IMG/VR virus record: IMGVR_UViG_3300044796_000657
Location: 366,230-430,229 of that record
DNA length: 64,000 bases
Strand: one strand, 5' to 3'
The first letter of the stretch is position 1. Each line of letters starts with the position of its first letter. Position numbers and translations under genes: made by a program. Below the pieces are notes generated by a model. It had not been told where the DNA came from. It did not search any database and saw nothing but the letters and a program-made list of their open reading frames with translations. Positions 20,109-28,576 of the stretch are shown here, in pieces.

Positions 20109-20357
20109 GTTAATAAACGAGTTTGGTTGAATCGAGAAAATGATTTGGTATGATGGAGAAAGACTCGTAAGTGATCTTTTTATGTTGGCTTTCACGGAAT
20201 GAAAGTCGCATAAGGGTGAACAGGTGGGTGGCCTTTTCCTCGATGACACCTGCTTCACCTGCGGAACCGGACGGCTCAAGGAGGTAGTTCACACCAGACG
20301 AGGTTTGTCGCCGACCCGTCGCTATGCCGTCCGGTTAACCGCAAATGGAATAATTGA

Positions 20358-20609
20358 ATGCCAGTAGAAAACGTGATGATTTGGGTGTTAACTATTGTTG
20401 CTGTTTTGTCGATGTTTGGAGCAGTAGCAGTAGTTTTAAACGTAGCAGAAAAGATTTCTCGCCGACGACAACGAAAAAAGTGTGAAATTGTTTTTGGTGG
20501 ACACTCTTACATTGAACTCTCTCATGGTAGACATTGTTGTTTTAGGTGTTTGACACTTCGAAGCAAATTACCCATTAGAGCCAAAATTGAAATCTTGATA
20601 GAGAAGTAA
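20358..20609 (+). CDS. small membrane protein
   Basis: N-terminal TM helix. Confidence 0.5.
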   Translation: MPVENVMIWVLTIVAVLSMFGAVAVVLNVAEKISRRRQRKKCEIVFGGHSYIELSHGRHCCFRCLTLRSKLPIRAKIEILIEK

Positions 20610-20610
20610 T

Positions 20611-20934
20611 ATGAGATGCCCATTATGTAACGCATTGTTAATTATTAAGGTCATTAAAAAGCGTGATATTGATCTTCAATGTCATAATTGTGATTTTGTT
20701 TGGGGAAATTGTTCTCGCAAAATTCCCGATGAAATGAATGAATTCTATACTTGCGGCAACGTAGAGTGGACAAGAGAGGAATTGTCTCTTATTGGCCAAG
20801 CAATGAAAAGAAGTTATCTTTTTGATGATGACAGAAGGTTTTTCAAAGGCAGAAAAACTTATAGTGTTTGGCGTGAAAACGATAAGATAATTAACGTCTT
20901 TGATAAATGTGAAGAACTAATCAAAGACATTTAG
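20611..20934 (+). CDS. zinc-ribbon protein
   Basis: CPLC...CHNC. Confidence 0.6.
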   Translation: MRCPLCNALLIIKVIKKRDIDLQCHNCDFVWGNCSRKIPDEMNEFYTCGNVEWTREELSLIGQAMKRSYLFDDDRRFFKGRKTYSVWRENDKIINVFDKCEELIKDI

Positions 20935-21114
20935 TGGAGATCGTCATGCAGTGTATTAATTGTAATAAAGAATGTGAATTTGATAGTCCTTATTTTCTTT
21001 GTCGTGAACACTGGATTGAATGGTTTGCCGAAAATACGGCAGATGATGAAATTCAATTAACACCACAAGAAATCATTGAATTCAAAAAAGAATTACAAGA
21101 AACAATTTGATTTT

Positions 21115-21188
21115 CGGGCGGTAGCTCAATTTGGTAGAGCGCCTGGTTTGGGACCAGGAGGTTGCAGGTTCAATTCCTGTCCGCCCGA
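21115..21188 (+). tRNA. tRNA-Pro(UGG)
   Basis: cctgg-tt-tgg-ga-ccagg; C1:G72. Confidence 0.92.
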
Positions 21189-21526
21189 CTGACTTTTACA
21201 GAATTTCGTATGTAACTACATTTTTAGGCAATGAATTGTTACATACACTACTCGTCAGTAAAAGTCTATTTTCTCATACCACCCTGATGTTGCAAAACGT
21301 GGCGGGTGGAATTTGTGAGACCGCTATCTTAATGTGTGATAGCAAAGAGAGTGAAAAGTGGAAGCCTCATAAGCGTTCATGCTCTGAAGTTAATAACTCA
21401 GATATAATAACTCTCTAATACGACGGGATGGCATCCTGTCGTGTGACAACATCTCAGAAACCTTAAACAAGTGGTCTGGCTTGCCCGCAAGGGAAGATCG
21501 GTTCAATTCCGATGTAGTTGTTTTTA

Positions 21527-21600
21527 GGCTCGTTCGTCTACGTTGGCTAGGACCGTTGTTTTTCAGGCAACAGAAGGCGGATCGTCACCGCCACGAGTCA
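21527..21600 (+). tRNA. tRNA-Glu(UUC)
   Basis: gttgt-tt-ttc-ag-gcaac. Confidence 0.85.
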
Positions 21601-21703
21601 TCGACCGAAAGGTCACAATACTGAGTTCTGTCACACAGAATACAACACCCGGAAGGGGAAGGGAAGTTAATAGCTTTCGCTCGACAATTTTTTGAGGTGC
21701 GTT

Positions 21704-21931
21704 ATGGAAGTAATGGTAATTGTTGAAGATGATTTTCATTGTCAATCTGTTGCTGGTGAATTGGCAAAGATCGGCATGGTAATCACAGAAATTTTGCCAG
21801 CAGTCGGTGCTGTAACGGGAAGCATTATGCCTCCTCTCACACTGTCAGACTTGAAAAAAGTTAACGGTGTTCTGGATGCCGAAGAAACGGTAATTTCAAC
21901 TACAAACCATAAGTACGGTTGCTGTGGATAA
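21704..21931 (+). CDS. small hypothetical protein (ferredoxin-like/ACT fold possible)
   Basis: GAGGTG SD; alternating beta-alpha pattern. Confidence 0.5.
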   Translation: MEVMVIVEDDFHCQSVAGELAKIGMVITEILPAVGAVTGSIMPPLTLSDLKKVNGVLDAEETVISTTNHKYGCCG

Positions 21932-22187
21932 TAAAATCTTAACTGTTGAACATGTGATGAGATGCAAAGGCACTCAACTCATTGGCAAACTTGAATGCGA
22001 TGTTAAGGTAAACGATCAAGTTAACATCAAAAATAACACTGTTCGTATTTTTGCTATCCTTAAGGGTATGTCACAAGACCTTCAAGACTTTGCCAGCAAG
22101 GGTGACCATGTAGTATTAATGTTTAGAAATATACCACATGTTCCAATTAGTCCCGGCGATGAAGTCTTGACTGCTCCCAATACATAA
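21924..22187 (+). CDS. stand-alone EF-Tu domain II-like beta-barrel protein
   Basis: GTQLIGKLECDVKVNDQV...FASKGDHVVLMFRNI...ISPGDEVL parallels the EF-Tu domain II pattern. Confidence 0.55.
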   Translation: MDNKILTVEHVMRCKGTQLIGKLECDVKVNDQVNIKNNTVRIFAILKGMSQDLQDFASKGDHVVLMFRNIPHVPISPGDEVLTAPNT

Positions 22188-22190
22188 GGC

Positions 22191-22772
22191 ATGGAAACCT
22201 TTAAGCAGTTTTTTGAAGTTCAAAGTGGTGTCATTGTAGCTTATCACGGAACGCCCCACGGACTTTTTGATAAATTTGACGCATCAAAGCGTGGTGAAGG
22301 CGCTGACCAAGGCGACTTTGGCAATTATGGTAATGGTTTTTATTTTACCATTGATAAAGCAATGGCAATAAGGTATGCTAAAAAACTTACTGAACGCCAA
22401 ATTGGTAATCAGCCATATTTGTACACTGTCAATTTGAGAATATTCAAACCATTCTCTTTTGACAGGTTGCGTAATTATGAAAAAGACTTTTGGGATACAA
22501 TTAAGGCTAATCATGCGGCAGGAATGAAACACGGTTTGATAAACATTTCAAGTGAGCAAGAAAATGCTATAATGAAAAAGTATCAGACGACAGAAGATGA
22601 AATTGAGTTTATGAAGTGGTTAGAGTCGAAGATGAATGACAATTGGGAAGATGTGAACTTCGCACAAATATTGAAAAAGAAAAGATATGATAGTGTTGTG
22701 ATCAAAGGCGGCGAAGAAATAGTCGTCTTTGACGAACATCAAATACAGATAATCAAAAGAGAACCAGTATGA
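22191..22772 (+). CDS. ADP-ribosyltransferase-like protein
   Basis: AYHGT, FDKFD, YGNGFYFT, C-terminal EEIVVF. Confidence 0.7.
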   Translation: METFKQFFEVQSGVIVAYHGTPHGLFDKFDASKRGEGADQGDFGNYGNGFYFTIDKAMAIRYAKKLTERQIGNQPYLYTVNLRIFKPFSFDRLRNYEKDFWDTIKANHAAGMKHGLINISSEQENAIMKKYQTTEDEIEFMKWLESKMNDNWEDVNFAQILKKKRYDSVVIKGGEEIVVFDEHQIQIIKREPV

Positions 22773-23041
22773 GCAAAAAAGTATATTACAGACAGTGTCG
22801 GTTAAGTAAGCCGGGTTATTTGGATCAAGTAAGTTGGATTCCTGAAACCTTCGCCGAAGCTGGCAAGATAGTCAAGTTGAAGAATGAAGGAACAGAGGAT
22901 TGGGCGAATGGATGGTCAGTTAAGTCCGTTGGTTTGACAAGACTTGCTGAAACGCCTCATACCGAAGGATTGATTCGCAATCACAGAAATGCGACTGGCG
23001 ACTCAATGCCAAAGAAGGCAAATGTCGTTGTAGCGGAATAA
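22769..23041 (+). CDS. hypothetical protein
   Basis: ATGA-coupled ORF. Confidence 0.6.
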   Translation: MSKKVYYRQCRLSKPGYLDQVSWIPETFAEAGKIVKLKNEGTEDWANGWSVKSVGLTRLAETPHTEGLIRNHRNATGDSMPKKANVVVAE

Positions 23042-23055
23042 ATAAGAAGTAAAGA

Positions 23056-23126
23056 CGGCCCGTAGCACAATGGTAGTGCAAAGTTCTGATAAAGCTGAGA
23101 CAAAGGTTCAATTCCTTTCGGGCCGA
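23056..23126 (+). tRNA. tRNA-Ile(GAU)
   Basis: cggcccg/cgggccg; loop ct-gat-aa. Confidence 0.85.
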
Positions 23127-23266
23127 TTTGAGTTATGTTTGGTTAACCAGCATCGTTTGGAAGCAACGAAGCATAACTTGATTTTTTGTCCAACGTCAGT
23201 GATTAAAAAGTAGCTAAGCCCGATGCGAAGAGGCAAACGCTTACTGTTCAGACGTTGTGCTTTTTT

Positions 23267-23287
23267 GCGGGGATAGCTCAATTGGTA
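23267..23287 (+). pseudogene. 5' fragment of a tRNA
   Basis: gcgggga-ta-gctc-aattggta, then no continuation. Confidence 0.55.
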
Positions 23288-23321
23288 TATTGGTTGTTAG
23301 AAAAGCTTTAATAGATTTGAG

Positions 23322-24164
23322 ATGTTTAATATGAAATCGGCGATTAACGAAGACTTTGTTTGGAAAACAACAGTCGTAAAACCGGTAGACATTCTTGATG
23401 CCATTAAAACTATTGATGGCGATGGCTTGGAGTTGAGCTTAGTTCCAGAAAATTGGGCTAATGCTCATTTGTACCTAAGTTGGGCAAAAGCGGAACTTGA
23501 GAATGATAACCCGTTCGGATGGGAAAAGGTTGTGAATTACGCCAAGAAGACAGTATGTCGACTTATAGACGGTCTACTCTTGAACAATTACTTCGGAAAA
23601 TATCTTGGATCGAATTATCCAAAAAAAATTAAATTACTACAGACTCTCGGAATTGAAATTCCTGACCTAGTCCATGATTGGATCATTCATAAACGAAATA
23701 AAATCGAACACGACTATCAGTTGGCGGACAAAAAACAAGCAAAGAATGCCGTAGAAATTGCTGGACTATTCCTCGCAGCAACAACGGGAGATGCGGCTCG
23801 CAAACCATTCCTAATTGGCGGTACATCAATTGTGTGCCGTTTTGGAAGTGGATGGCCTGGGGATCATGTAGAAAAATTGAATAGAATGAGGGTGAACGGA
23901 AATCCATTTGTTTTCTTCGATTCTCATGAAGATCACAAAAAATCAATTGTTAAAATTATTTATCCTATTGATATGGAAATTCGATCTTCTCAAATAAAAG
24001 AATTTTCAGAAGTGGAAATGATTGAATTTTCTAAGATTATGCGAAAATATAAGTTTTTTCTTGAATTTGCAAAACCAATGATAGAAAATTCGGGATTGTC
24101 TCTGGAGAGTGTGATGAATTATCAAGTTATGGAAGCATTCAAAAAACGATTAAATGTTGATTAA
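23322..24164 (+). CDS. hypothetical protein, AT-rich probable insertion
   Basis: 280 aa; KRNKIEHDY resembles the HEPN Rx4-6H motif. Confidence 0.7.
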   Translation: MFNMKSAINEDFVWKTTVVKPVDILDAIKTIDGDGLELSLVPENWANAHLYLSWAKAELENDNPFGWEKVVNYAKKTVCRLIDGLLLNNYFGKYLGSNYPKKIKLLQTLGIEIPDLVHDWIIHKRNKIEHDYQLADKKQAKNAVEIAGLFLAATTGDAARKPFLIGGTSIVCRFGSGWPGDHVEKLNRMRVNGNPFVFFDSHEDHKKSIVKIIYPIDMEIRSSQIKEFSEVEMIEFSKIMRKYKFFLEFAKPMIENSGLSLESVMNYQVMEAFKKRLNVD

Positions 24165-24181
24165 TGAAAGCGGTTCAATAA

Positions 24182-24580
24182 ATGAAAAAATGTTGTATGT
24201 GTCAGAAGGAACTTGATAAAATAAATTTCAAGACAAACAAAAGACGATTGGATGGATTACAATCTCAATGTATTAACTGTCATAAAGAATACCGTCGTCA
24301 GCACTACTTGAAGAACCGTGAAAAATACATTAAGTTAGCTGCTGACGGTGGTGATAATTTTAGAACATGGTGGGCAGAATACAGAAAACAATTTGTTTGT
24401 TCCTGTGGTGAAAGTCATCCCGGTTGTATAGATTTTCATCATCCAAACGATAATAAATCTGCCAATGTTTCAAAACTTGTTATTGATAAGTGCAAGACAA
24501 AACTTTTGACGGAAATTGAAAAATGTATTCCATTATGTGCTAACTGTCATAGAAAACATCATTGGAATGAGAGAAATTAA
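24182..24580 (+). CDS. HNH endonuclease
   Basis: CCMC..CINC; CSCGESHPGCIDFHH; KCIPLCANCHRKHH. Confidence 0.85.
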   Translation: MKKCCMCQKELDKINFKTNKRRLDGLQSQCINCHKEYRRQHYLKNREKYIKLAADGGDNFRTWWAEYRKQFVCSCGESHPGCIDFHHPNDNKSANVSKLVIDKCKTKLLTEIEKCIPLCANCHRKHHWNERN

Positions 24581-24651
24581 GCGGAATTGGCATATCGGTT
24601 GTGCTCCAGCCTTCCAAGCTGGCCAGACGGGTTCGACTCCCGTATCCCGCT
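24581..24651 (+). tRNA. tRNA-Gly(UCC)
   Basis: ccagc-ct-tcc-aa-gctgg; U73. Confidence 0.9.
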
Positions 24652-24653
24652 CT

Positions 24654-24733
24654 GAATATAGGTCGTTTTAAGTCAGTTAAGACTCCGTCAATCGTCTGTT
24701 GCCGGAATAGAGGTTCAAATCCTCTCCTATTCA
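24654..24733 (+). ncRNA. tRNA-like RNA with extended anticodon arm
   Basis: T-arm agagg-ttcaaat-cctct; bulged acceptor gaata(ta)gg/cctattc; 13-nt anticodon region. Confidence 0.45.
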
Positions 24734-24832
24734 CAAACGCAATGGCCGAGGGGTCTAAGCCCCCCATAAACTAGGTAGCGATCCCTAAATTCTGGGACGA
24801 CTTGCTCCGAGTGCCTATGCTGATCAAATTGT

Positions 24833-24905
24833 ACGGGCTTAGAGAAACGGTTATCTCACAACCCTCATAAGGTTGAAATAGGTGGTTCGACTCCATCAGT
24901 CCGCA
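24833..24905 (+). tRNA. tRNA-Met/Ile2(CAU)
   Basis: caacc-ct-cat-aa-ggttg; 1:72 mismatch but no three G:C pairs. Confidence 0.85.
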
Positions 24906-24906
24906 T

Positions 24907-24935
24907 TGATTTTGTAAATTAAATATGATACTATT
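24907..24935 (+). promoter_or_regulatory. sigma70-type promoter
   Basis: TTGATT-17 nt-TACTAT. Confidence 0.5.
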
Positions 24936-24958
24936 GTCGTATCAGAAAGGTTAGTCAG

Positions 24959-25300
24959 ATGCATTACACGCTTTGTAAATATGGGAATGTGTCAGAGAGG
25001 TTGCTGGACACGACATATCCACTGACTTTAACCCCCGATGAAGTTGAGAATATGTTTGACTGCGGTGGCAACCCTCCCGTCCATTGTTACAGCGTCACTC
25101 ACATGCATGTGGTAGATCGTCTGAAAAAAGACCTTCCTGATTACAAATTTAATTTCAATCGGTGTTCGTATATGATTGAAGCGGGTGCCGATGTTTGGAA
25201 CGAGCAATACGAAGGTTTGTATCCTGCTCCCGATGAATTCACGCAAGGCATTCCAGATAGTTCGCCGTTAAATTCAGCGGTTGCTGTTATGCCCGGTTGA
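24959..25300 (+). CDS. hypothetical protein
   Basis: ORF with AAGG SD. Confidence 0.65.
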   Translation: MHYTLCKYGNVSERLLDTTYPLTLTPDEVENMFDCGGNPPVHCYSVTHMHVVDRLKKDLPDYKFNFNRCSYMIEAGADVWNEQYEGLYPAPDEFTQGIPDSSPLNSAVAVMPG

Positions 25301-25310
25301 TGGAAAATTT

Positions 25311-25382
25311 TGCCTTATAGCTCAACGGTAGAGCGGCGTGCTGTTAACACGAAGGTTGAAGGTTCAAATCCTTCTAGGGCAG
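25311..25382 (+). tRNA. tRNA-Asn(GUU)
   Basis: cgtg-ct-gtt-aa-cacg; G73. Confidence 0.9.
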
Positions 25383-25422
25383 CTTGGTTTGTATTTTTTG
25401 GAAACTCTGTCTAAAGGTCATC

Positions 25423-25731
25423 ATGAAAACGACGCAAAACTTCATCACGTGTAAGCTGGTTTTCGGCTTCGGGTTTAAGAAGGAAGATGTTGTGGCGTTG
25501 TTGGCCAAGTACACGCAAGATGGTGTCATTGCCAATTTCGTTGAAGACATCCATATCGGCTGCAATCGCTTGGCTTTTGCCGTCGTGGACATTCCTGCCT
25601 CTGTTAGCCACCAGTTGGTTAACGATAACGTAGTGAAGGAAATGGATATGCTTGCTTCATATGGCAAGCCTCTATCAATGGCCGAAAACTGCGGGGCTGG
25701 CGGATGCTGTGGTGGTGGTTGCGGACCTTAA
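25423..25731 (+). CDS. hypothetical protein with Cys/Gly-rich tail
   Basis: Ends CGAGGCCGGGCGP. Confidence 0.6.
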   Translation: MKTTQNFITCKLVFGFGFKKEDVVALLAKYTQDGVIANFVEDIHIGCNRLAFAVVDIPASVSHQLVNDNVVKEMDMLASYGKPLSMAENCGAGGCCGGGCGP

Positions 25732-26018
25732 TATTGATGGGGCTTAGATCGCCTTAATGTTGTGAAAGAGAAGACTTATGATAAATGTAGAGACAAATGC
25801 TGAGATTAGAGTAAGAGTAGAAAATGCTCTGCGTCGTCGCAATTTGTGGGACGTATTCAAGCAAGAAGGAATAATGGAAGAAGTGATTTCCGATATAACG
25901 AAAATACAAGGCGGTAGAAGTCCGTTATTGTGGTCGCAACTTGAAGATTTCTTGATAGGTTGGAGGGGCTAAAGTGGGCCTCGCCTAAGCCCCCATGTCG
26001 TATTCAGGGAAACGAATC

Positions 26019-26258
26019 ATGGCAACAGTAAAGTTCCAATTTGAAGCTGGCATGGTTGTGCGAAGTGATGTTCGCTCAATCATTAAAAAGTATTGCTTTC
26101 GGTGGAATTATGATTTGGCCATTGAAGAGGATGCCGGATTTTTTTCTACGACTTTTTATTGTAAGGTTAAGTGTCCAGACTCACAAAGCAAACTGGCCAA
26201 GGAACGAATCAATACATTGTTGATCGCATTGAAAAATCAACTTGACAACGGCAAATAG
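26019..26258 (+). CDS. small hypothetical protein
   Basis: ORF. Confidence 0.55.
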   Translation: MATVKFQFEAGMVVRSDVRSIIKKYCFRWNYDLAIEEDAGFFSTTFYCKVKCPDSQSKLAKERINTLLIALKNQLDNGK

Positions 26259-26579
26259 GTGTGTATAATGGGTGAAATGTCGCCATTCGCCTCTCGTGGA
26301 AGGGGCTTAGTTAGACAGGGTGTTAAACCTATTTATAACTATGTGAGTGGCCCGTTCGCAACTTACATACAAGCGGACACGTATCGGCGAAATTGTTGTC
26401 ATATGGGGTTTGAGATAGTGACGTTGGATGCGGTGACGGGCGGCGGATTTCGTCCCCCGAACTATCCATCCTACGGTTTCTATATTGTTCACCATCTGAA
26501 TAAACATCCACAAACGCCACCACCCGAACCAGTTGTTAAATCAACTTTCAAAACCTACTTTCGTGAGGCAAAAAAATGA
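26259..26579 (+). CDS. hypothetical protein
   Basis: Its stop overlaps the ATG at 26576 (ATGA). Confidence 0.55.
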   Translation: MCIMGEMSPFASRGRGLVRQGVKPIYNYVSGPFATYIQADTYRRNCCHMGFEIVTLDAVTGGGFRPPNYPSYGFYIVHHLNKHPQTPPPEPVVKSTFKTYFREAKK

Positions 26580-27305
26580 CTATGGTGTTACTTTGGCTCT
26601 AAGAACCTTTGCGGTTTGCGTCCTACGGGTCGCCTTCATATCGGTCACTACTTCTCGGTAATCTTGCCGGGTCGTGATGGGGCTGAAGTCCTCATAGCCA
26701 ATTATCACGCTCCGCAAGAAACCAACTTGGAGGAGCTTGTTAAAGTTCTCAACAAATTCGGTGTAAACCAAATCAGAATGCAGCGTGATGTATTCAATGC
26801 CGAACTTTACTTCCGCCTTCTCTCAATTGCCGGTTTTGGCGATTTAGCCAGAATGCCGCAATTCAAATCGGCTGATGAAGACAAACAAACTGGTCAACTA
26901 CTCACCTATCCAGTCTTGATGACACACGATGTCGTCGGCTATGAGAACGTGTTGGTAGGTGAAGATCAGAAGGTGCATTTGGAATACGCTCGTAGGCTAA
27001 TTCGCAAATACAACAAAACCTTTAATGAAGAAGTTGTTTTGCCTCGTCCGATGATTGTTGGCGGGAAAGTTAAGGACTTGCGGAAGCCGACTGAAAAGAT
27101 GAGCAAGTCGTCACCTGATGGTTGTTTGTTCCTTGACGATACGCCCGACGATATTCGTACAAAATTGAAGGCAGCAACCACGACACCGGAAGGGATAGAG
27201 AACCTTTCTACATTGTACACTCATTTTGTTGGGCCTACAGTGCCTTCTATGAATTCTGAGCTTAAGTCTCAGTTGGCAGATGCTTTGATTGAGGCTTTTA
27301 AATAA
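26576..27305 (+). CDS. trpS: tryptophanyl-tRNA synthetase, shortened; probable +1 frameshift at 26591-26597
   Basis: GLRPTGRLHIGHY (HIGH), LTYPVLMTHDV, VGEDQKVHLE, KMSKS; no in-frame ATG before the Rossmann strand. Confidence 0.85.
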
Positions 27306-27324
27306 TCTTGGCAAAGGAAACGCC

Positions 27325-27507
27325 ATGCAAACCGCACCGTTAGGTCATTGGATAGCATTTTTCCTTTCCATGATCACATTGATATTTTTATCAGTGGTTC
27401 CAGCAACCGATTTATCAGTTAATCAAAAACTGATTACTGCTGTTTATTTATTTCTATTTGGCCTTATTGGATTTCTAATTGGGCGAATTGGAACAAAAAA
27501 AGATTGA
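27325..27507 (+). CDS. small two-TM membrane protein
   Basis: Two hydrophobic helices. Confidence 0.55.
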   Translation: MQTAPLGHWIAFFLSMITLIFLSVVPATDLSVNQKLITAVYLFLFGLIGFLIGRIGTKKD

Positions 27508-27532
27508 CTTTCTGTAATGATGCGGGTATAGT
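27504..27532 (+). promoter_or_regulatory. sigma70-type promoter
   Basis: TTGACT-17 nt-TATAGT upstream of the GlyRS-like gene. Confidence 0.65.
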
Positions 27533-27584
27533 ATCTCTATGAAACCCGGCTAGACCAAGGCCGATACTTTATGAGGATTTTGCG

Positions 27585-28310
27585 ATGGAAGCGTTGTATG
27601 ACAAAAATGGCTTAATGTTTTATTCGGAGCGGGAAGTCAAGTTGCGGGAACAGTTCCGTGATTACTTTGCGGATCGAATGAGGGAAACGTTGTTAGCGAC
27701 GAATCCTATGTGGCGGTTTTTGATGGTGGAAGCACCTCTGTTAACGCCCAACAAACACATCAACAAGAATTACACTGCCGAAGATGTATTCGTGTGTGAC
27801 GATCTAACCTTAAGGCCGGAAACGACGCCGGGTACTTATCAGTGGATTCGTTCCAAGTTTGATGACAGCAACAGTGGTTTTCGTCCCCCGATTTGCGTTT
27901 GGCAATACGGCAAGAGTTTTCGGCAAGAACAGGATCAAGTATCAAAGCATTGCCGGTTCAAAGAGTTTTACCAGCAGGAATTCCAGTGCGTCTTTACGTC
28001 GGATACTGCGAATGATTATCACACGGTTTTACAAAAACCGGTTGAAAAGATGATTCGTGATATGATTGGCTTGCCGACTCGGTTGGTGGTTAGTGATCGG
28101 TTGCCGGATTACAGCAAGAGTACAATGGATATCGAAGTAGACAACGGCGACAAGTGGATGGAAGTTTGTAGTATGAGCCTGCGAACCGATTTTCCCGGTA
28201 CGGTCAGTTTCACGACCAAAACGAAGGTTGTGGAAAGGGATCTGTTGGTTGCGGAGGTTGCCATCGGTTTAGATCGGTGTGTTTACAATTTCCTGCAAAG
28301 GGTAGATTAA
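27585..28310 (+). CDS. class II aaRS catalytic core, GlyRS (alpha2-type)-like, lacking anticodon-binding domain
   Basis: LRPETTPG, GKSFRQE..RFKEFYQQEFQ (motif 2), WMEVCS, EVAIGLDRCV (motif 3); ends soon after motif 3. Confidence 0.8.
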   Translation: MEALYDKNGLMFYSEREVKLREQFRDYFADRMRETLLATNPMWRFLMVEAPLLTPNKHINKNYTAEDVFVCDDLTLRPETTPGTYQWIRSKFDDSNSGFRPPICVWQYGKSFRQEQDQVSKHCRFKEFYQQEFQCVFTSDTANDYHTVLQKPVEKMIRDMIGLPTRLVVSDRLPDYSKSTMDIEVDNGDKWMEVCSMSLRTDFPGTVSFTTKTKVVERDLLVAEVAIGLDRCVYNFLQRVD

Positions 28311-28576
28311 TGCGTGATTTTATTCGCTGGTTATTAGCTGGCATTTGCTTGATTATTGCCTTGAACTGCATAGTAGAGGTTTACTTTGTTATGCGGGCGG
28401 CAGAGAGCTTGAAGCATTACACCAAAGTTAAGTTTTATGTTCCTTCGGGATGTGATCTTTACATTGAGGGGCAGAAAAGCAGGTTGCCAGTCTACTTGAA
28501 TAAAGAACACGTGTACAAGATGGAATTTCGGCGTGGTGATGTTGTTGAGAAGCAGTGGGACTATAAACCAGAGTGA
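28310..28576 (+). CDS. small membrane-anchored protein
   Basis: N-terminal TM helix. Confidence 0.55.
   Translation: MRDFIRWLLAGICLIIALNCIVEVYFVMRAAESLKHYTKVKFYVPSGCDLYIEGQKSRLPVYLNKEHVYKMEFRRGDVVEKQWDYKPE

Noticed and set aside
20110-20292. Minus-strand 60-aa ORF in a GC-richer patch
   Set aside because: GTG start, no motif and against the local strand; cannot be supported.
21131-21418. 95-aa ORF from the track
   Set aside because: It starts inside tRNA-Pro and runs through a structured non-coding region; likely spurious.
21213-21522. Firm tmRNA call
   Set aside because: No G3:U70 acceptor and no Ala-rich tag ORF could be identified; kept only as an unassigned ncRNA candidate.
21601-21690. 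Riboswitch upstream of 21704
   Set aside because: Small hairpins only; I could not match any known aptamer consensus.
25737-25996. ggggcttag / ctaagcccc inverted repeats around ORF 25778-25972 as a mobile element
   Set aside because: Only 9 bp, the right copy pairs locally, and there is no transposase or target duplication.
26616-27305. trpS starting at TTG 26616
   Set aside because: It would delete the first Rossmann strand (KNLCG) and has no SD; retained only as the alternative to the frameshift model.
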